Source: Chiloscyllium plagiosum
Lineage: Eukaryota
Assembly: GCF_004010195.1 (NCBI RefSeq)
Contig: NC_057719.1
Location: 7,426,254-7,475,555 of the forward strand
Direction of reading: 5' to 3'
DNA: 49,302 nucleotides
Shown here: positions 1 through 12,235 of the stretch, one piece after another
Layout: each line of letters starts with the position of its first letter
Position numbering within the stretch: the stretch's first letter is position 1
Program-made: the position numbers and the translations under genes
The notes under the pieces: model-generated
What the model was told of the DNA's origin: nothing
The model's input: the letters and a program-made list of their open reading frames with translations, nothing else
Databases searched by the model: none

Positions 1-185
1 GATTCATTTAAGAAGGAGTTGGATAGAGCTCTCAAAGATAGTGGAATCAAGGGTTATGGAGATAAGGCAGGAACAGGATACTGATTAGGAATGATCAGCC
101 ATGATTATATTGAATGGCGGTGCAGGCTCGAAGGGCTGAATGGCCTACTCCTGCACCTATTGTCTATTGTCTATTGTCTATTGTC
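1..185 (+). mobile_element. CR1 (HER1-like) LINE 3' end with (CTATTGT)n tail
   Basis: Typical CR1 3' UTR (gatcagccatgat...ggctcgaagggctgaatggcctactcctg) followed by a ctattgt microsatellite; same subfamily as 39938-40349 on the - strand. Confidence 0.9.
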
Positions 186-579
186 AATCTTCCACCCACA
201 GACTCCATTTACACTGCCCACTGCTGTAGAAAGGCTGTCAACATCATCAAATGTCCATCACATCCCAGCAATGTTCCCCTACAACCTCTTCCGTCAGGCA
301 GAAAATATAGAAGCTTGAACACACACACCAGCAGGTTCAAGGACAGCTTCTTCCCTGCTGTTATTAGACTGATGAATGTACTCTCTAACTTCAAATATGC
401 TGATCTTGCTAATGTTGATCTTGCCTAAAACACGCCCTGTAACTTGTATGCCTCTGTCTCGTCTTTTTTTTTCCCACATATGACCTGTATATCCTTGCTT
501 ACTATGAACTGCTCAGAAACAAAGCTTTCCACTGTACTTAGGTAAACATGACACTAAATCAATCAAATCAAATCAAATA
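186..579 (+). mobile_element. Rex1/Babar LINE 3' fragment
   Basis: Translates to LPSGRKYRSLNTHTSRFKDSFFPAVIRLMN, the Rex1/Babar C-terminal motif; ends in an (AATCA)n tail. Confidence 0.85.
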
Positions 580-1526
580 TGATCACCAAACCTTCCTTCT
601 CTATCTGGTATTTATGCTCTGCATGAGCTAAAGTCCTGGGTGCATACACTATTAGGTGTTCCTTTCCATTGGGCCACCTATGAGCTAATACTACCCCGAT
701 GCCATATGGGGAGGCATCACATGTTAATACCTGATCTCACTTGGGATCATAATGTGCCAACACCTTACAGGATAACTTTTTTTACTTCCCTGAAACATAT
801 GACTCAGCCACTCAACCATTTCCAAGGCTGACTGCTTTTTAGGAGTTGATGCAAAGGTGTGAGGATGGAAGCCAGGTATGTCTGAACTTTCCTGAGTAAT
901 TCAGTAGCCCAAGGAAAGATCTAAGCTCCAGTACAGATGTGGGAGCCAGGGCACTTTTGATCACCCTCACTTTATCTTCCAACGTGGGTAACCTGTTTTT
1001 GTTGATTCTGTAACCCTGTATGTCACTTTGAGTGACTGGAGCACACATGTTTCCCTTCTAAGGCATATGTCTGCCTGGGAAAAATGTATAAGGACTATGT
1101 TCAAGTTCTCTAAGTGCTCCTTATTGGTCTTCCCTATTATTAGCATATCATCAAGATAATTAGTGACCTGGGGTAGACCTTGTAAAATGTTCTCCATCAT
1201 CTGCTGGAAAATTGCACAGCCTGACAATACCCCAAATGGCAGTCTAATACGTAGGTACGAACCCTTACGGGTATTAATTGTAACATTCTCCTGGGAATCC
1301 TCATGCAATTGCAAGTACACATGATTCATGTCCAATTTTGTGAATGACACCATCCTGCAATCTTTGTGTCTAAATTCTGTATGCAAGGGACTGGGTATTT
1401 ATCCAGCTGCAGAAAGCACTCTACTGTTTGTCTAAAATCCCCACAAAGGTAAACCAATCTGTCAGGCTTCATAACCAGTACGATTAAAGCTGCCCATTCA
1501 GCAAACTGGGCTGATTTGATGATTCC

Positions 1527-2477
1527 AGCGTGTGGTGTTGGAAAAGCACAACAGGTCAGGCAGCATCTGTGGAGTAGTAGAATTGACATAGAACATAGAA
1601 CGTTACAGTGCAGTACAGGCCTTTTGGCCCTCGATGTTGCGCCTACCTGTGAAAATAATCTAACCTACACCGTTCCATTATTATCCATGCGTATGTCCAA
1701 TGTCCATTTAAATGCCCTTAACATCAGTGAGTCTACTACTGTTGCAGGCAGGCCGTTCCACGCCCCTATTACTCTCTGAGTGAAAAGACTATCCCTAATA
1801 CCTGTCATAAATCTATCACCCTGCAATGTAAAGTTATGTCCCCTTGTGTTAACCTTCACCATTCAAGGAAAAAGGCTCTCACTGACCACCCTATCTAACC
1901 CTTTGATTATCTTGCACATCTCGATAAAGTCACCTGTCAACCTTCTTCTCTCCAACGAAAACAGTCTCGGCTCCTTCAGCCCTTCCTTGCAAGATCTCCC
2001 ATCCATACCAGTAAATCTCCTCTGAACCCTTTCCAAACCTTTCACATCCTTCCTATAATACAGTGACCAGAACTGCACGCAATACTCCAGGTGCGACCTT
2101 ACCAGTGTCTTGTACAGCTGAAGCATGACCTCGTAGCTCCGAAACTCAATCTCCCTACCAATAAATGCCAACACACCATATGCCTTCTTGACAACCCTAT
2201 CAACCTGGCTGGTTACTTTCAGGGATTTATGCACCTGGACACAAGATCTCTCTGTTCATCTACACTACCAAGAATTTTACCATTAGCCCAGTACTTGGCA
2301 TTCCTGTTCGTTCTTCCAAAATGAACTTCTTCACACTTTTCCGCATTAAACTCCTTCATCAGCATTCTTGCCCGAAATGTCGATTCTCCTGCTCTTCGGA
2401 TGCTGCCTGACCTCCTGTGCTTTTCTAGCACCACACTCTCTACTCTGCTCTCCAGCATTTGCAGTTCTCACTTTCTC
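1527..2477. mobile_element. Penelope-derived fold-back insertion split by a nested CR1
   Basis: Arms 1527-1587 and 2354-2477 are partly inverted copies of the PLE terminus; 16-bp TSD ctg(a/g)tttgatgattcc at 1511-1526 and 2478-2493. Confidence 0.8.
1588..2352 (-). mobile_element. CR1 LINE, 5'-truncated
   Basis: LYKTLVRSHLEYCVQFWS...LERVQRRFT...LFSLERRRL; catagaa tail. Confidence 0.92.
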
Positions 2478-2874
2478 CTGGTTTGATGATTCCTTTGCTT
2501 TCAAGCCTTCTGATTTATACCTCTACTTTTTTCCCTTATGCAAATGTAACTGGATGAACCTTCCAGAATCGTGGAGTTGCTTCCTGGTCAATATACAAGG
2601 TAGCCTTGATTCCTTTGCTAGTCCCTAGACCTTCCTAAAAATACTCGAAGATACTTAATTAGGACTTAACTCAGGCAGCCATTTTCTAATAAAAAAATGT
2701 CAAGCCAGTCAAGGTGAATCTTTCTCAACCAATTTTGCCCTGTCAAACTTGGGCCTGAACCTTTGACTACAGACAATGCTAGCTGAACCAGCTGCTTCTC
2801 ATAAGAGATCAGAACCAAAATTGCACTCTTAATCTTAATTTCTCTCTCTCTCTCTCTCTTTCTCTCTGTATGTC

Positions 2875-3025
2875 TCAGGAAGGAATTAGAGATGGTTCTT
2901 AGAACTACATGTCTCAAAGGGTATAGGGAAAATGTGGGAACAGGGTACTGAATTGGATGATCAGCCACAATAACACTGAATAGCAGAACAAGAACAGCCT
3001 ATCCTTCCTATTTTATATGTTTCCA
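2875..3025 (+). mobile_element. CR1 3' UTR fragment
   Basis: aagggtatagggaaaatgtgggaacagggtactgaattggatgatcagcca resembles the CR1 tail. Confidence 0.7.
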
Positions 3026-4243
3026 TCACAGTAATACTCTTGGAGACATTCAAACCTCAGTGAAGAGCTACCCCTTTCTCGAAGCTAAAGCTTCTTGCAC
3101 ATTTGGCACAGATATTATCATTTTCCTTTTGGCAAATTGCCACACATTTAGTGCATGTCTTCAGTTAATGACCTTTTTCAAGCAAACTGTTAACTCCCTT
3201 CATAATTGTTTAATGTAGTTGCCTAAACTCATGTCTCTAGCAGCCTTGTGGGTTATCTTCTTTTCTGACCACTACCATCAACTCCCAATAACCCCTCTGC
3301 TTCTGGAGCTTTCTTCTTGCTGACTTTGGAGCACATCTGGACTTCTCACCAGTACTGAATACTTGGAAATGAGTAATAACATTAGCTTTACTGGAATAGG
3401 CCCCCTTTCTACCCCTTTGTACGTAAACCTGTTTTTGGCTTCTGGTTTCTCTATCTGTTTGTCTTTGTCTCTTGCAAAACTCAAGGAGCAAACAACTTCG
3501 TAATTATCTCCCCAGGTAATTTACTGATCATTTATGTGAAATCATATTACTTCATGTAAATGCTATGTTCAAACTTAATTTCTGAACTTAAATACGAGTC
3601 AAATCTTCACAGAGCTGGAAAGCTAAATTCCACTTGTTCTTCTCTTTAGAATCCTAGTTCTCAAATAATAATACATTATGAATTTCTTTAACAGAAGAAA
3701 CACTGCTTTCCTTACCTGGGCCGAATGTATTGTATATGTGACTAGACACCCAATGTGGTTGAATGCTGAATGAGCAATAAATGCTGCCTTGACAGTGACA
3801 CCCACGTCCACTAAATTAATTTTAAAAGTAAAACCCAGGTCAAAGGTGTAACAGGTGGTGACAAAAATGCAAATTCTTTTAAAAAGATGGATAAACTCTT
3901 CTTCACCTCTCAAATAATTTCAAATAACTTTATCATTCAGAGTTACCCATATATACTTGTGTAAAAGTCAAAATTTTCAGACTGTTTTTAAGGTTAAACA
4001 CAGGGGTGGACTAATACATGGATTCTACTTTTGAGGGGCTGAAATTCATGCTGCAGTCCAAGATACCGTATCATAAGCAAAAACCCAATTGATTTCTAAA
4101 TGAAAAAAAATAAAAACACAACAAATTACGGTAATTACTGGATAAAGACACTAAAGACAAAAATGAATTGGTAAGCTTTTATTTATACATACCAAAAGTG
4201 AAATAGAAATATATGGCTTTAAATCGCAATTACATGATAAATC

Positions 4244-4292
4244 GCGTGGCGGCACGGTGGCACAGTGGTTAGCACTGCTGCCTCACAGCACC
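4244..4292 (+). mobile_element. HE1-type SINE 5' head only (tRNA A-box part)
   Basis: ggcggcacggtggcacagtggttagcactgctgcctcacagcacc matches the 5' end of the V-SINE copies at 37167-37506 and 47976-48310. Confidence 0.85.
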
Positions 4293-4993
4293 ATGAATTG
4301 GTAAGCTTTTATTTATACATACCAAAAGTGAAATAGAAATATATGGCTTTAAATCGCAATTACATGATAAATCTTAAATTAAACATGTCAAATACAAAAG
4401 TTCATTGAAATCCTGCAAAATCACACTGTTCAACAACTTGAGTGCTGAATAAAACTTCATAATCAGAATGAATGATATCATTGTATGGAATCTTTTCATC
4501 TTCACTGTCCGTAGTTAGAGGTAGCACATCATCCACTTCTTCTTCTTCTATGCCATCCCATAGATAATTGTCCTCTGTACCGTTCAATGCACTGGAAATT
4601 CCACATTTCTTGAATGATTTGGATTTACTGTCAGCTTTTATTTCCTTCCATGAATCAACGGGCCATTCACACATTAGTGGCAGTGATGGAGTCCACATAC
4701 TGCCTCCTCTTGTGTATGTTTTTTCTCCATCATGCATTCAGTTATTCCACTTCATTCTCAATATGCCCTTAAATGGCTTATTGATACCATCATCTATTGG
4801 TTGAAAAACACTCGTAAGTCTTCTGGGAATTGTGTGTTTATTTGTTCGATGTTATCAACAATACCTTCGCTAGATGTGATCTAAATTGGTCCTGGATGAG
4901 CAAGCTGTTTTCCTTGCATAGCTCACCAGGTTGTAAATTTCAAACTTCCTTTATCCATTTTCTACATCCACCTTCATCCATCCAGCCTTATTT

Positions 4994-6012
4994 GTGCCTC
5001 AGGGATTGGTGTTGGGACTGCAATTATTCACAATTCATATCGATGATTTAGAGTTGGGGATCACGTGTTGTGTGTCAAAGTTTGCAGATGACACTAAGAT
5101 GAGGAGTGGCAGAGCAAACCGTGCAGAGGACTGTGAAACTTTGCGGAGGAACGTAGATATTTTGACTGAGTGGGCAAAGGTCTGGCAGATGGAATGCAAT
5201 GTTCATTAATGTGAAGTCATTCATTTTGGTAGGAGTAACAGTAAAAAGGGTTTTTACTTGAATGGTAAAATGTTACAGCATGCTGCTATGCAGAGGGACC
5301 AGGGTGTCCTTTTGCATGAATCAGAGGGTTAGTCTGCAGGTACAACAAGTAATTAGAAAGGCAAGTGCAATTTTGTCCTTCATTGCTTAAGGGATTGAGT
5401 TTAAAAGCAACGAGGTTATGTTGCAGCTGTGCAGGGTGCTGGTGAGGCCACACCTGGAGTACTATGTGCAGGTTTGCTCTCCTTACTTGAAAAAGGATGT
5501 ACTGGCACTGGAGGGTGTTCAGAGAGGTTCACTAGGTTGTTTCTGGAGTTGAGAGAGTTGGCCTATGAGGAGAGACTGAGTAGACTGTGATTATATTCAT
5601 TGGAATTCAGAAGAATGAGGGAGTATCTTATAGAAACATATAACATTTATGAAAGGAAGAGATAAGATAGAAGTAGAGAGGACGTTTCCACTGGCAGGTG
5701 AAACTCTGACAAGAGGGCATAGCGTCAAGATTACGGGGAGCAGGTTTAGGACTGAATGGAGAACAACCCTCTTTACCCAGAGGGTTCTTAATCTATGGAA
5801 TTCCTTGCTCAGTGAAGTAGTTTACGCTACTTCAGTAAACGGTTTTTAAAGCTCAGATTTTTTTTGAACAATAAAGGAATTAAGGGATACAATGGGAGGG
5901 TGAGTAAGTGGAGCTAAATCCATGAAAAGATCAGCAATGATCTTATTGAATGGTGGAGCAGGCTCAAAGGGCCAGATGGCCTACTCCTTCTCCTAGTTCT
6001 TATATTCTAATG
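4994..6012 (+). mobile_element. CR1 LINE 3' part inserted in the transposase gene
   Basis: PQGLVLG...[18 protein letters not shown]1 3' UTR. Confidence 0.92.
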
Positions 6013-6861
6013 TATATGTATGCATAAGGATGACAATTCCTTTCAGAAATTTCTCCTTTGGCAAAATGTTTCTCTTAAAAACAGCCATTGGTTTAACTTA
6101 GTGCCAACAACCAAAGAAGAAAGAACTGAAGTAAACCTACTTTTCTCATGGCCAGTGGTTTTCACCAATACAGTTTTTTCTTCTTTTTGGTTCACAGTTC
6201 GATTCACTGGCATGTCAAAAGTAATAGACGTTTCACCCATGTTTCCACTGTGTGATACTTTGTAGCCTTCCTTCTGCTGATCTCTGATTACAAACTGGTG
6301 AAACTGTAGTATCTTCTAGTTCAGCTGGCAGCTTTTGTGCAATCTTAGTTCTCTGCCAAAGTACTAAGTCATGCTTTCTCAAGAAGCTCATGCACCATCC
6401 GGCACTTGCCTGAAAATCTAAAATTCCATTCTTCATGGATTTGTTTCGTGCATGGATTTGGATGACTTCACAACTAACACATTTTCTATTTTGACTATTT
6501 TCAAGTACTCACTCAGTAATTTTTTTTCTCCAATCGTGGCCAATTGCCAGGTTGACCTCTGTTGGCACACTTTTGTTTTAGCATTGTTTGAAGTTGGTTC
6601 TATAACTTTCCCCAGTCTCTCACAAGTTTCTCAGAAATTCAAAAATCTCTTGCTTCTCTGCGACTTAAATAACTTTCAGTTTGAACGATGCTGTTTATTG
6701 ATTTTTCTGCAGGGCATTTTGCACAAAATGATGAAGAAATTTCAAAGCCTTAACTAGGTATATGACTGTATTCCACGAGGTTGGTTGTTACCTGATTCTG
6801 ATCTGATGTGTCTTAAACTTCCGTGCCAAATTGGTGTGAATTGTACATCAAATCACATAAT

Positions 6862-8195
6862 AACAAAGAACAAAGAAAATTTACAGCCCAGGAACAGGCC
6901 CTTCTGCCCTCCAAGCCTGAGCTGATCCAAATGTACTGTCTAAACCTGTCGGTCAATTCCTAAGCATTTGCATCCCTCTGCTCCCCACCTACTCATGCAT
7001 CTGTCCAGACGCATCTTAAATGAATCTACCGTGCTTGCCTCTACCACCTCTGCTGGTAACACGTTCCAAATGCCCACCACCCTCTGTGTGAAGTACTTGC
7101 CGCATGTATCCCCCTTAAACTTTCCACCTCTCACCTTGAAAGCATGACCTCACATTATTGAATCCTTCACCCTGGGAAAAAGCTTGTCTCTGTCCACCCT
7201 GTCTATACCCTTCATAATTTTACAAACTTCAATCAGGTCCCCCTCAATCTCCTTTTTTCTAATGAAAATAAACCTAACCTACTCAACCTCTCTCTTCATA
7301 GCTAGCACCTTCCATACCAGGCAACATCCTCGTAAACCTTCTCTGCATCCTCTCCAAAGCGTCCACATCCTTTTGGTAATGTGGCGCCCAGAACTGTACA
7401 CAGTATTCTAAATGTGGCCGAACCAATGTCTTGTACAATTTTAACATGACTTGCCAGCTCTTATACTCAATACCCCGTCCAATGAAGGCAAGAATACTAT
7501 ATGCCTTCTTGACCACTCTATCCACCTGTGCAGCAACCTTCAGGGTACAATGGACCTGCACTTCCAAATCTTTCTGCCCATCAACCTTTCCCAAGGTTCT
7601 TCCATTCATTGTATAATTCGCTCTAGAATTAGACTTGCCGAAATGCATCACCTATCATTTGTCTGGATTGAAAGCATCTGCCACTTTTCCGCCCAACTCT
7701 TCAGTCTATGTATATCCTCCTGTATTCTCTGACAGTCCCTTATGCTTTCTGCTACTCCACCAATCTTTATGTCATCTGCAAACTTGCCGGTCATACCAAC
7801 AGTGCCCTCTTCTAGATCATTTATGTATATTACAAACAACAGTGGCCCCAATACTGACCCCTGTGGAACACCACTGGTCACCTTTCTCCACTTTGAGAAA
7901 CTCCCTTCAACTACTACTCTCTGTCTCCTGTTGCTCAACCAGTTCTTTATCCACCTAGCGAGAACACCCTGCACACCATGTGACTTCACTTTCTCCATTA
8001 GTCTACAATGGGGAATCTTATCAAACGTCTTACTCAAGTCCATGTATATGACATCAACAGCCCTTCCTTCATCTAACAACTTGGTCACTTCCTTGAAGAA
8101 CTCTGTCACGTTGGTAAGGCACGATCTCCCCCGCACAAAACCATGTTGCCCATCACTGATAAGCTCATTCCTTTCCAAATATAAATAGATCCTAT
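6862..8195 (-). mobile_element. CR1 LINE RT and 3' end
   Basis: QHGFVRGRSCLTN...[21 protein letters not shown]...KFADD; (aacaaag)n tail. Confidence 0.95.
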
Positions 8196-9149
8196 TTAAC
8201 TCAAAAAATTCATTTCCGCATTGTAACATTTATGTACAGAATAATACCTTGATTCACAAATATTGATCTGTTATCTGTCAAGAATTAGGGTCTTTTACAT
8301 GAAATGTATGGAAACCTTTTTGGTCAAAAATAGGGGGTCAACTTTTATATGAGATCGACTATTACTTGTGTATACGGTAATTGTGCTACTTTGGGGATAG
8401 GTATCGTGAATATTTAGACATATCATGTATTCGTTCTGATAACAATCTTGCCTTTTTAAAATTCCTTAAATCTTATACAGTCACTTATGCATATTGCACC
8501 TAAAACACTGCATTAGCTGTAGTTGCAGAGTATATTTAAAATTGCTGGTTCGTCAAGCATTGTTAAAACCTGTGAGCCATTTTCACAAATACCCAAGCAC
8601 TTAAAATAAGTTATATTTAGGTGAGAACATTATTTGTATGATGACTTCAAAAATTGCTATTGATGATTATTTAAGATGGAGGTGAAATTTTGTTTTATTT
8701 CAGAGGGTCATAAGTCTTTGAAACTCCCTTCCTCCTTGGAACTGGGTCATTGAATAGTTTTAAAGCCGAGGATGATTAACTTCCTTGTTAATCATGAATC
8801 TAAAGGTTATTAGGGTAAATGATAATGTGGAGTTGAAGTCATAATTAGATCATCGGCGATTTTATTGTATTTTCTAAGTAGATTGAGGGGTCAATAGCTT
8901 GTTCTTACTCCTGAAGTCTAATCCAGTATACTATTTACTTTGCTCACTTAGAAAACTCGCCCAGTCTAAACAAATTACTCCATGATTAGTTTTCAGGAAC
9001 TATATCTCTCATGCTTTTTAAAAATAAATCATGGTTTCAGAATGCCTTACAATCATTTCATAGAAACAGACCAAAGTTCACTTGCTAAAAGTTCAAAATA
9101 TATTAGAGTATTAAAATATATATAAATCACACACCTTACATCAGAGATG

Positions 9150-9880
9150 ACAGAAATATTGTTATGACCATGAAAAAATCAGTTATAAAGAACAGCAGAA
9201 AATGACCAAAAGGTTAATCAGAAGGAAGAAATTAGGATATGAAAGGAAGCTAGTATGAAAGGAATGTAAAAATGGATAGCAAGAGTTTCTACAAGTATTT
9301 AAAAAGATTGAAATTACAGTGTGTATTGGTGCTCTAGAAGGTGAGAACAGGGAGTTATTAGCAGGTAATAAGGCTGACAGCTGTGTTCACTATAGGGGGG
9401 ATAAGAAAAAACAATTCCAGCAATGGCTGTAGATTAGGGAGTGGGAGGGAGAGAGAATCTGGTGAAATTATAATCATGAGGGAAATGGCACGATGCAAAC
9501 TGTTGGAACTGCAGGTTGACAAATCCCTGGGTATTGATAGATTTCACCCATGGATCTGGACCCATTTTTCTAATCAACCGGTTCAGAGATGTTATTACAC
9601 ACCTCTGGAGCAGGTGGAATTTGAACCTGGACTCCCTGGTCCAGGGCAGGGACACCACCACTGTACAACCCTCTCTCAAATCTTGAAAGTGATTACTAAT
9701 GAGGTAGTAGATGCACTGATTATTAACATTTTTAAATTCCCGAGATTCAGTCAAGGTAATATTGGAATGGAAAGCAGAAAATATAGCTCCTGTTTTCAAG
9801 AAGGGAGGGAGGCAGAAATTGGAAACTGTAGACCAGTTAATCTGTTATCAGTTTTAGGAAGGTGTTCGAATCAATCATGA
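9150..9880 (+). mobile_element. Decayed CR1 ORF2 internal fragment
   Basis: LLELQVDKSLGIDRFHPWI...GNCRPVNLLSVLG resembles the start of a CR1 RT. Confidence 0.7.
9557..9672 (-). mobile_element. tRNA-derived SINE fragment
   Basis: Minus strand ggttgtacagtggtggtg (A-box-like) and ggttcaaattcc (B box). Confidence 0.65.
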
Positions 9881-9884
9881 AAGA

Positions 9885-10240
9885 GGAGGAGGTAATGGCC
9901 TGGTGTTATTATCACTGGACTATTACTTTAGAGACTCCGGTAATATTCTGGGGACTCAGGTTTGAATTCTGCCATGGCAGATGGTGGAATTTGAATTCAA
10001 TGAAAAATAAATCCGGCATTAGAAATCTAACGATGAATCCATTGTCGATTGTTGGAAAAAAAAACCATCTGGTTCACCAATATTGTTTCGGGAAAGAAAC
10101 TGCCACCCTTACCTGGTCTGGGCTTCATGTGACTCCAGACCCACTGCAATGTGGGTGACTCTTAAACTGCCCTGTGGGTAATTAGGCATGAGCAATAAAT
10201 GCTGGCCTAGCCAGCAATGCCTTCATTCTCATGAATAGAT
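9885..10240 (+). mobile_element. tRNA-headed SINE sharing head/body with 22786-23210 and tail with the second CR1-group LINE
   Basis: ggaggtaatggcctggtg...gggtttgaattctgcc (B-box-like); tail gcaataaatgctggcctagccagcaatgcc. Confidence 0.75.
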
Positions 10241-10420
10241 TTTAAAAAAACTATATACATGCATTTAGAAAAACTTCAGAGGACTGACAGAACTATACGA
10301 ACTCTTCTGTTCCTGCTTTGTGTGTTCACATGACCTGGTAGCACATCAATTAGCAAGTGAATTCTTCCAGTACTTTGTACTGTTCTCCATTGGAACAATG
10401 TGAAGATCCAAAAAGAAATA

Positions 10421-10784
10421 CAGTAGCGCCTCGACTTACGAACTTAATCCGTCCCGGGACCCTGTTCACGAACAGAAAAGTTCGCGAACTGAATCAATTT
10501 TTCCCATTGTTCGAATAGCGTAAGAATGCTTGGACGGCTGTTCACAGCACACGCGCCAAAGACGAACTGAATAAGATCATGCGGGGCCCGAGAGCTTTTG
10601 CATTCTACAAGCGCGTAGCAAAGCAGAACAATGAAACTACGTGGTCGCACACGGGCTTTTTGCGTTCGTACCTTTGTTCGTACCTTGAATTTCGTACGTA
10701 CGTTGAAGCAAAATTTTACGTACAAACCTGTTTGTAAACCGATTTGTTCGTGAATGGGGTCGTTCGTATGTCGAGGCACTACTG
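10421..10784. mobile_element. Tigger/pogo-type MITE (364 bp)
   Basis: TA TSD; 23-bp TIR cagtagcgcctcgacttacgaac / gttcgtatgtcgaggcactactg; non-coding interior. Confidence 0.9.
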
Positions 10785-10840
10785 TACTTGAAATAGATAT
10801 ACATTCAGTTTGGGGGATTTGTACTGGTACTTTTCTATAT

Positions 10841-10958
10841 AGGGCTTATGCCTGAAACGTCGATTCTCCTGTTCCTTGGATGCTGCCTGACCTGCTGCGC
10901 TTTTCCAGCAAAACATTTTCAGCTCTGATCTCCAACATCTGCAGCCCTCACTTTCTCC
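10841..10958 (+). mobile_element. Penelope terminal fragment
   Basis: agggcttatgcctgaaacgtcga...gatgctgcctgacctgctgcg; 12-bp TSD actt(t/c)tctatat. Confidence 0.8.
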
Positions 10959-11686
10959 ACTTCTCTATATTATCCTATCATATATCATAGTGCCAGAATA
11001 TCTTTTGAATATAAGATACTTGGACCAGACCCTAATCTTGTGAAGCATCGGTGATGCTAAGTTTTAGGTTTAGACCTTTTCGGTTTAAGAACCCTTTTAT
11101 AGTAAAATTTCAGCAACTCAATATTACTTGTAAACCTTTGCCTGAGGTACAAGCTATTTTTTTTAAACAAAAGGTTGCATTTTTATTATGCTTCTCACGA
11201 TCACTGGATAACATAATGTGTTTTATGACCAGTTAAGTACAGTACTTTTCGAGTTTAGTAATTGTTTATAATATATAAATATGGAATTAAAATGTGTGCA
11301 TTTGAAACCTGCGGTATTGGATATTTATTTTTAAAAATTATTCCATAGCTGCAGTTTTAACCTACTGAAAACTGACTGTGAAAATAGTGTGAAAATTAAC
11401 AAGGAAAAGAACCATCTGAAAGTTTACTCGATTTAGTAAATTTCTGCTTAAGTGCTGATCTAATGCCAATAGCAGGAGACCATTGAACAGCTTGTGTTTG
11501 GTGATGACAAAGAAGATATTCTTTATTATAAGGCAATCCCAGAACATATTTGACTTTGTTTTAGCTTGAATATATTTGACGTGTAAATCCCAAAAATGTA
11601 CAGTTAAATTTCAATGAAAATTGCATTAATTTAATTGAAGAGTGTAGTTTTTAACCCGAGGAAGTCACATGTTTCCTGACCGGTAT

Positions 11687-12235
11687 GTCATAGGGTCATA
11701 GAGATGTACAGCATGGAAATAGACCCTTCGGTCCAACCTGTCCATGCCGACCAGATATAACAACCCAATCTAGTCCCACCTGCCAGCACCCGGCCCATAT
11801 CCCTCCAAACCCTTCCTATTCATATACCCACCCATCTAGTTCTGGACTCCCCAACTCCAGGGAAAAGACTTTGCCTATTTATCCTATCCATGCCCCTCAT
11901 AATTTTGTAAACCTCTATAAGGTCACCCCTCAACCTCCGACGCTCCAAGGAAAATAGCCCAAGCCTGTTCAGCCTCTCCCTATAGCTCAGATCCTGGCAA
12001 CATCNNNNNTTAAACTCCATCTGTCACTTCTCAGGCCATTGGCCCATCTGGTCCAGATCCTGTTGTAATCTGAGGTAACCCTCTTCGCTGTCCACTACAC
12101 CTCCAATTTTGGTGTCATCTGCAAACTTACTAACTGTACCTCTTATGCTCGCATCCAAATCATTTATGTAAATGACAAAAAGTAGAGGGCCCAGCACCGA
12201 TCCTTGTGGCACTCCACTGGTCACAGGTCTCCAGA
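11687..12235 (-). mobile_element. CR1 fragments joined across a 5-N gap
   Basis: [14 protein letters not shown]...KFADDTK; LSYRERLNRLGLFSLERRRL; tcatagag tail. Confidence 0.9.

Larger units (their letters stand above)
580..2835 (-). mobile_element. Ty3/Gypsy pol relic (protease end, RT, RNase H), frameshifted and interrupted
   Basis: Minus-strand peptides VVKGSGPSLTGQNWL, WAALIVLVMKPD...LCGDFR, RLPFGVLSGCAIFQ...YLDDMLI, ELRSFLGLLNY, LTCDASPYGIG. Confidence 0.9.
3946..8377 (-). mobile_element. pogo/Tc2 (POGK-like) DNA transposon, apparently full-length but dead, with nested CR1s
   Basis: TA-flanked degenerate TIRs (ccatatatacttgtgtaaaagtca / rc ccgtatacacaagtaatagtcga); CENP-B HTH FQASAGWCMSFLRKH...QRTKIAQKLP; DDE_1 segments ETSITFDMP...KTTGHEKSRFT, GWMDE, QPIDDGINKPFK, KSFKKCGISSALNGTEDNYLW. 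Confidence 0.88.

Noticed and set aside
3237..3515. Possible exon or ORF in non-repeat-looking sequence
   Set aside because: All three + frames have stops between the candidate splice sites, and the - strand ORFs show no recognisable motif.
4402..6740. Host POGK/TIGD domesticated gene
   Set aside because: Multiple frameshifts and stops, a CR1 inserted in the DDE domain, and TIRs still present.
7648..8229. 193-aa reverse transcriptase ORF as a functional or novel RT gene
   Set aside because: It is a 5'-truncated, frameshifted CR1 ORF2 fragment, one of many in the window.
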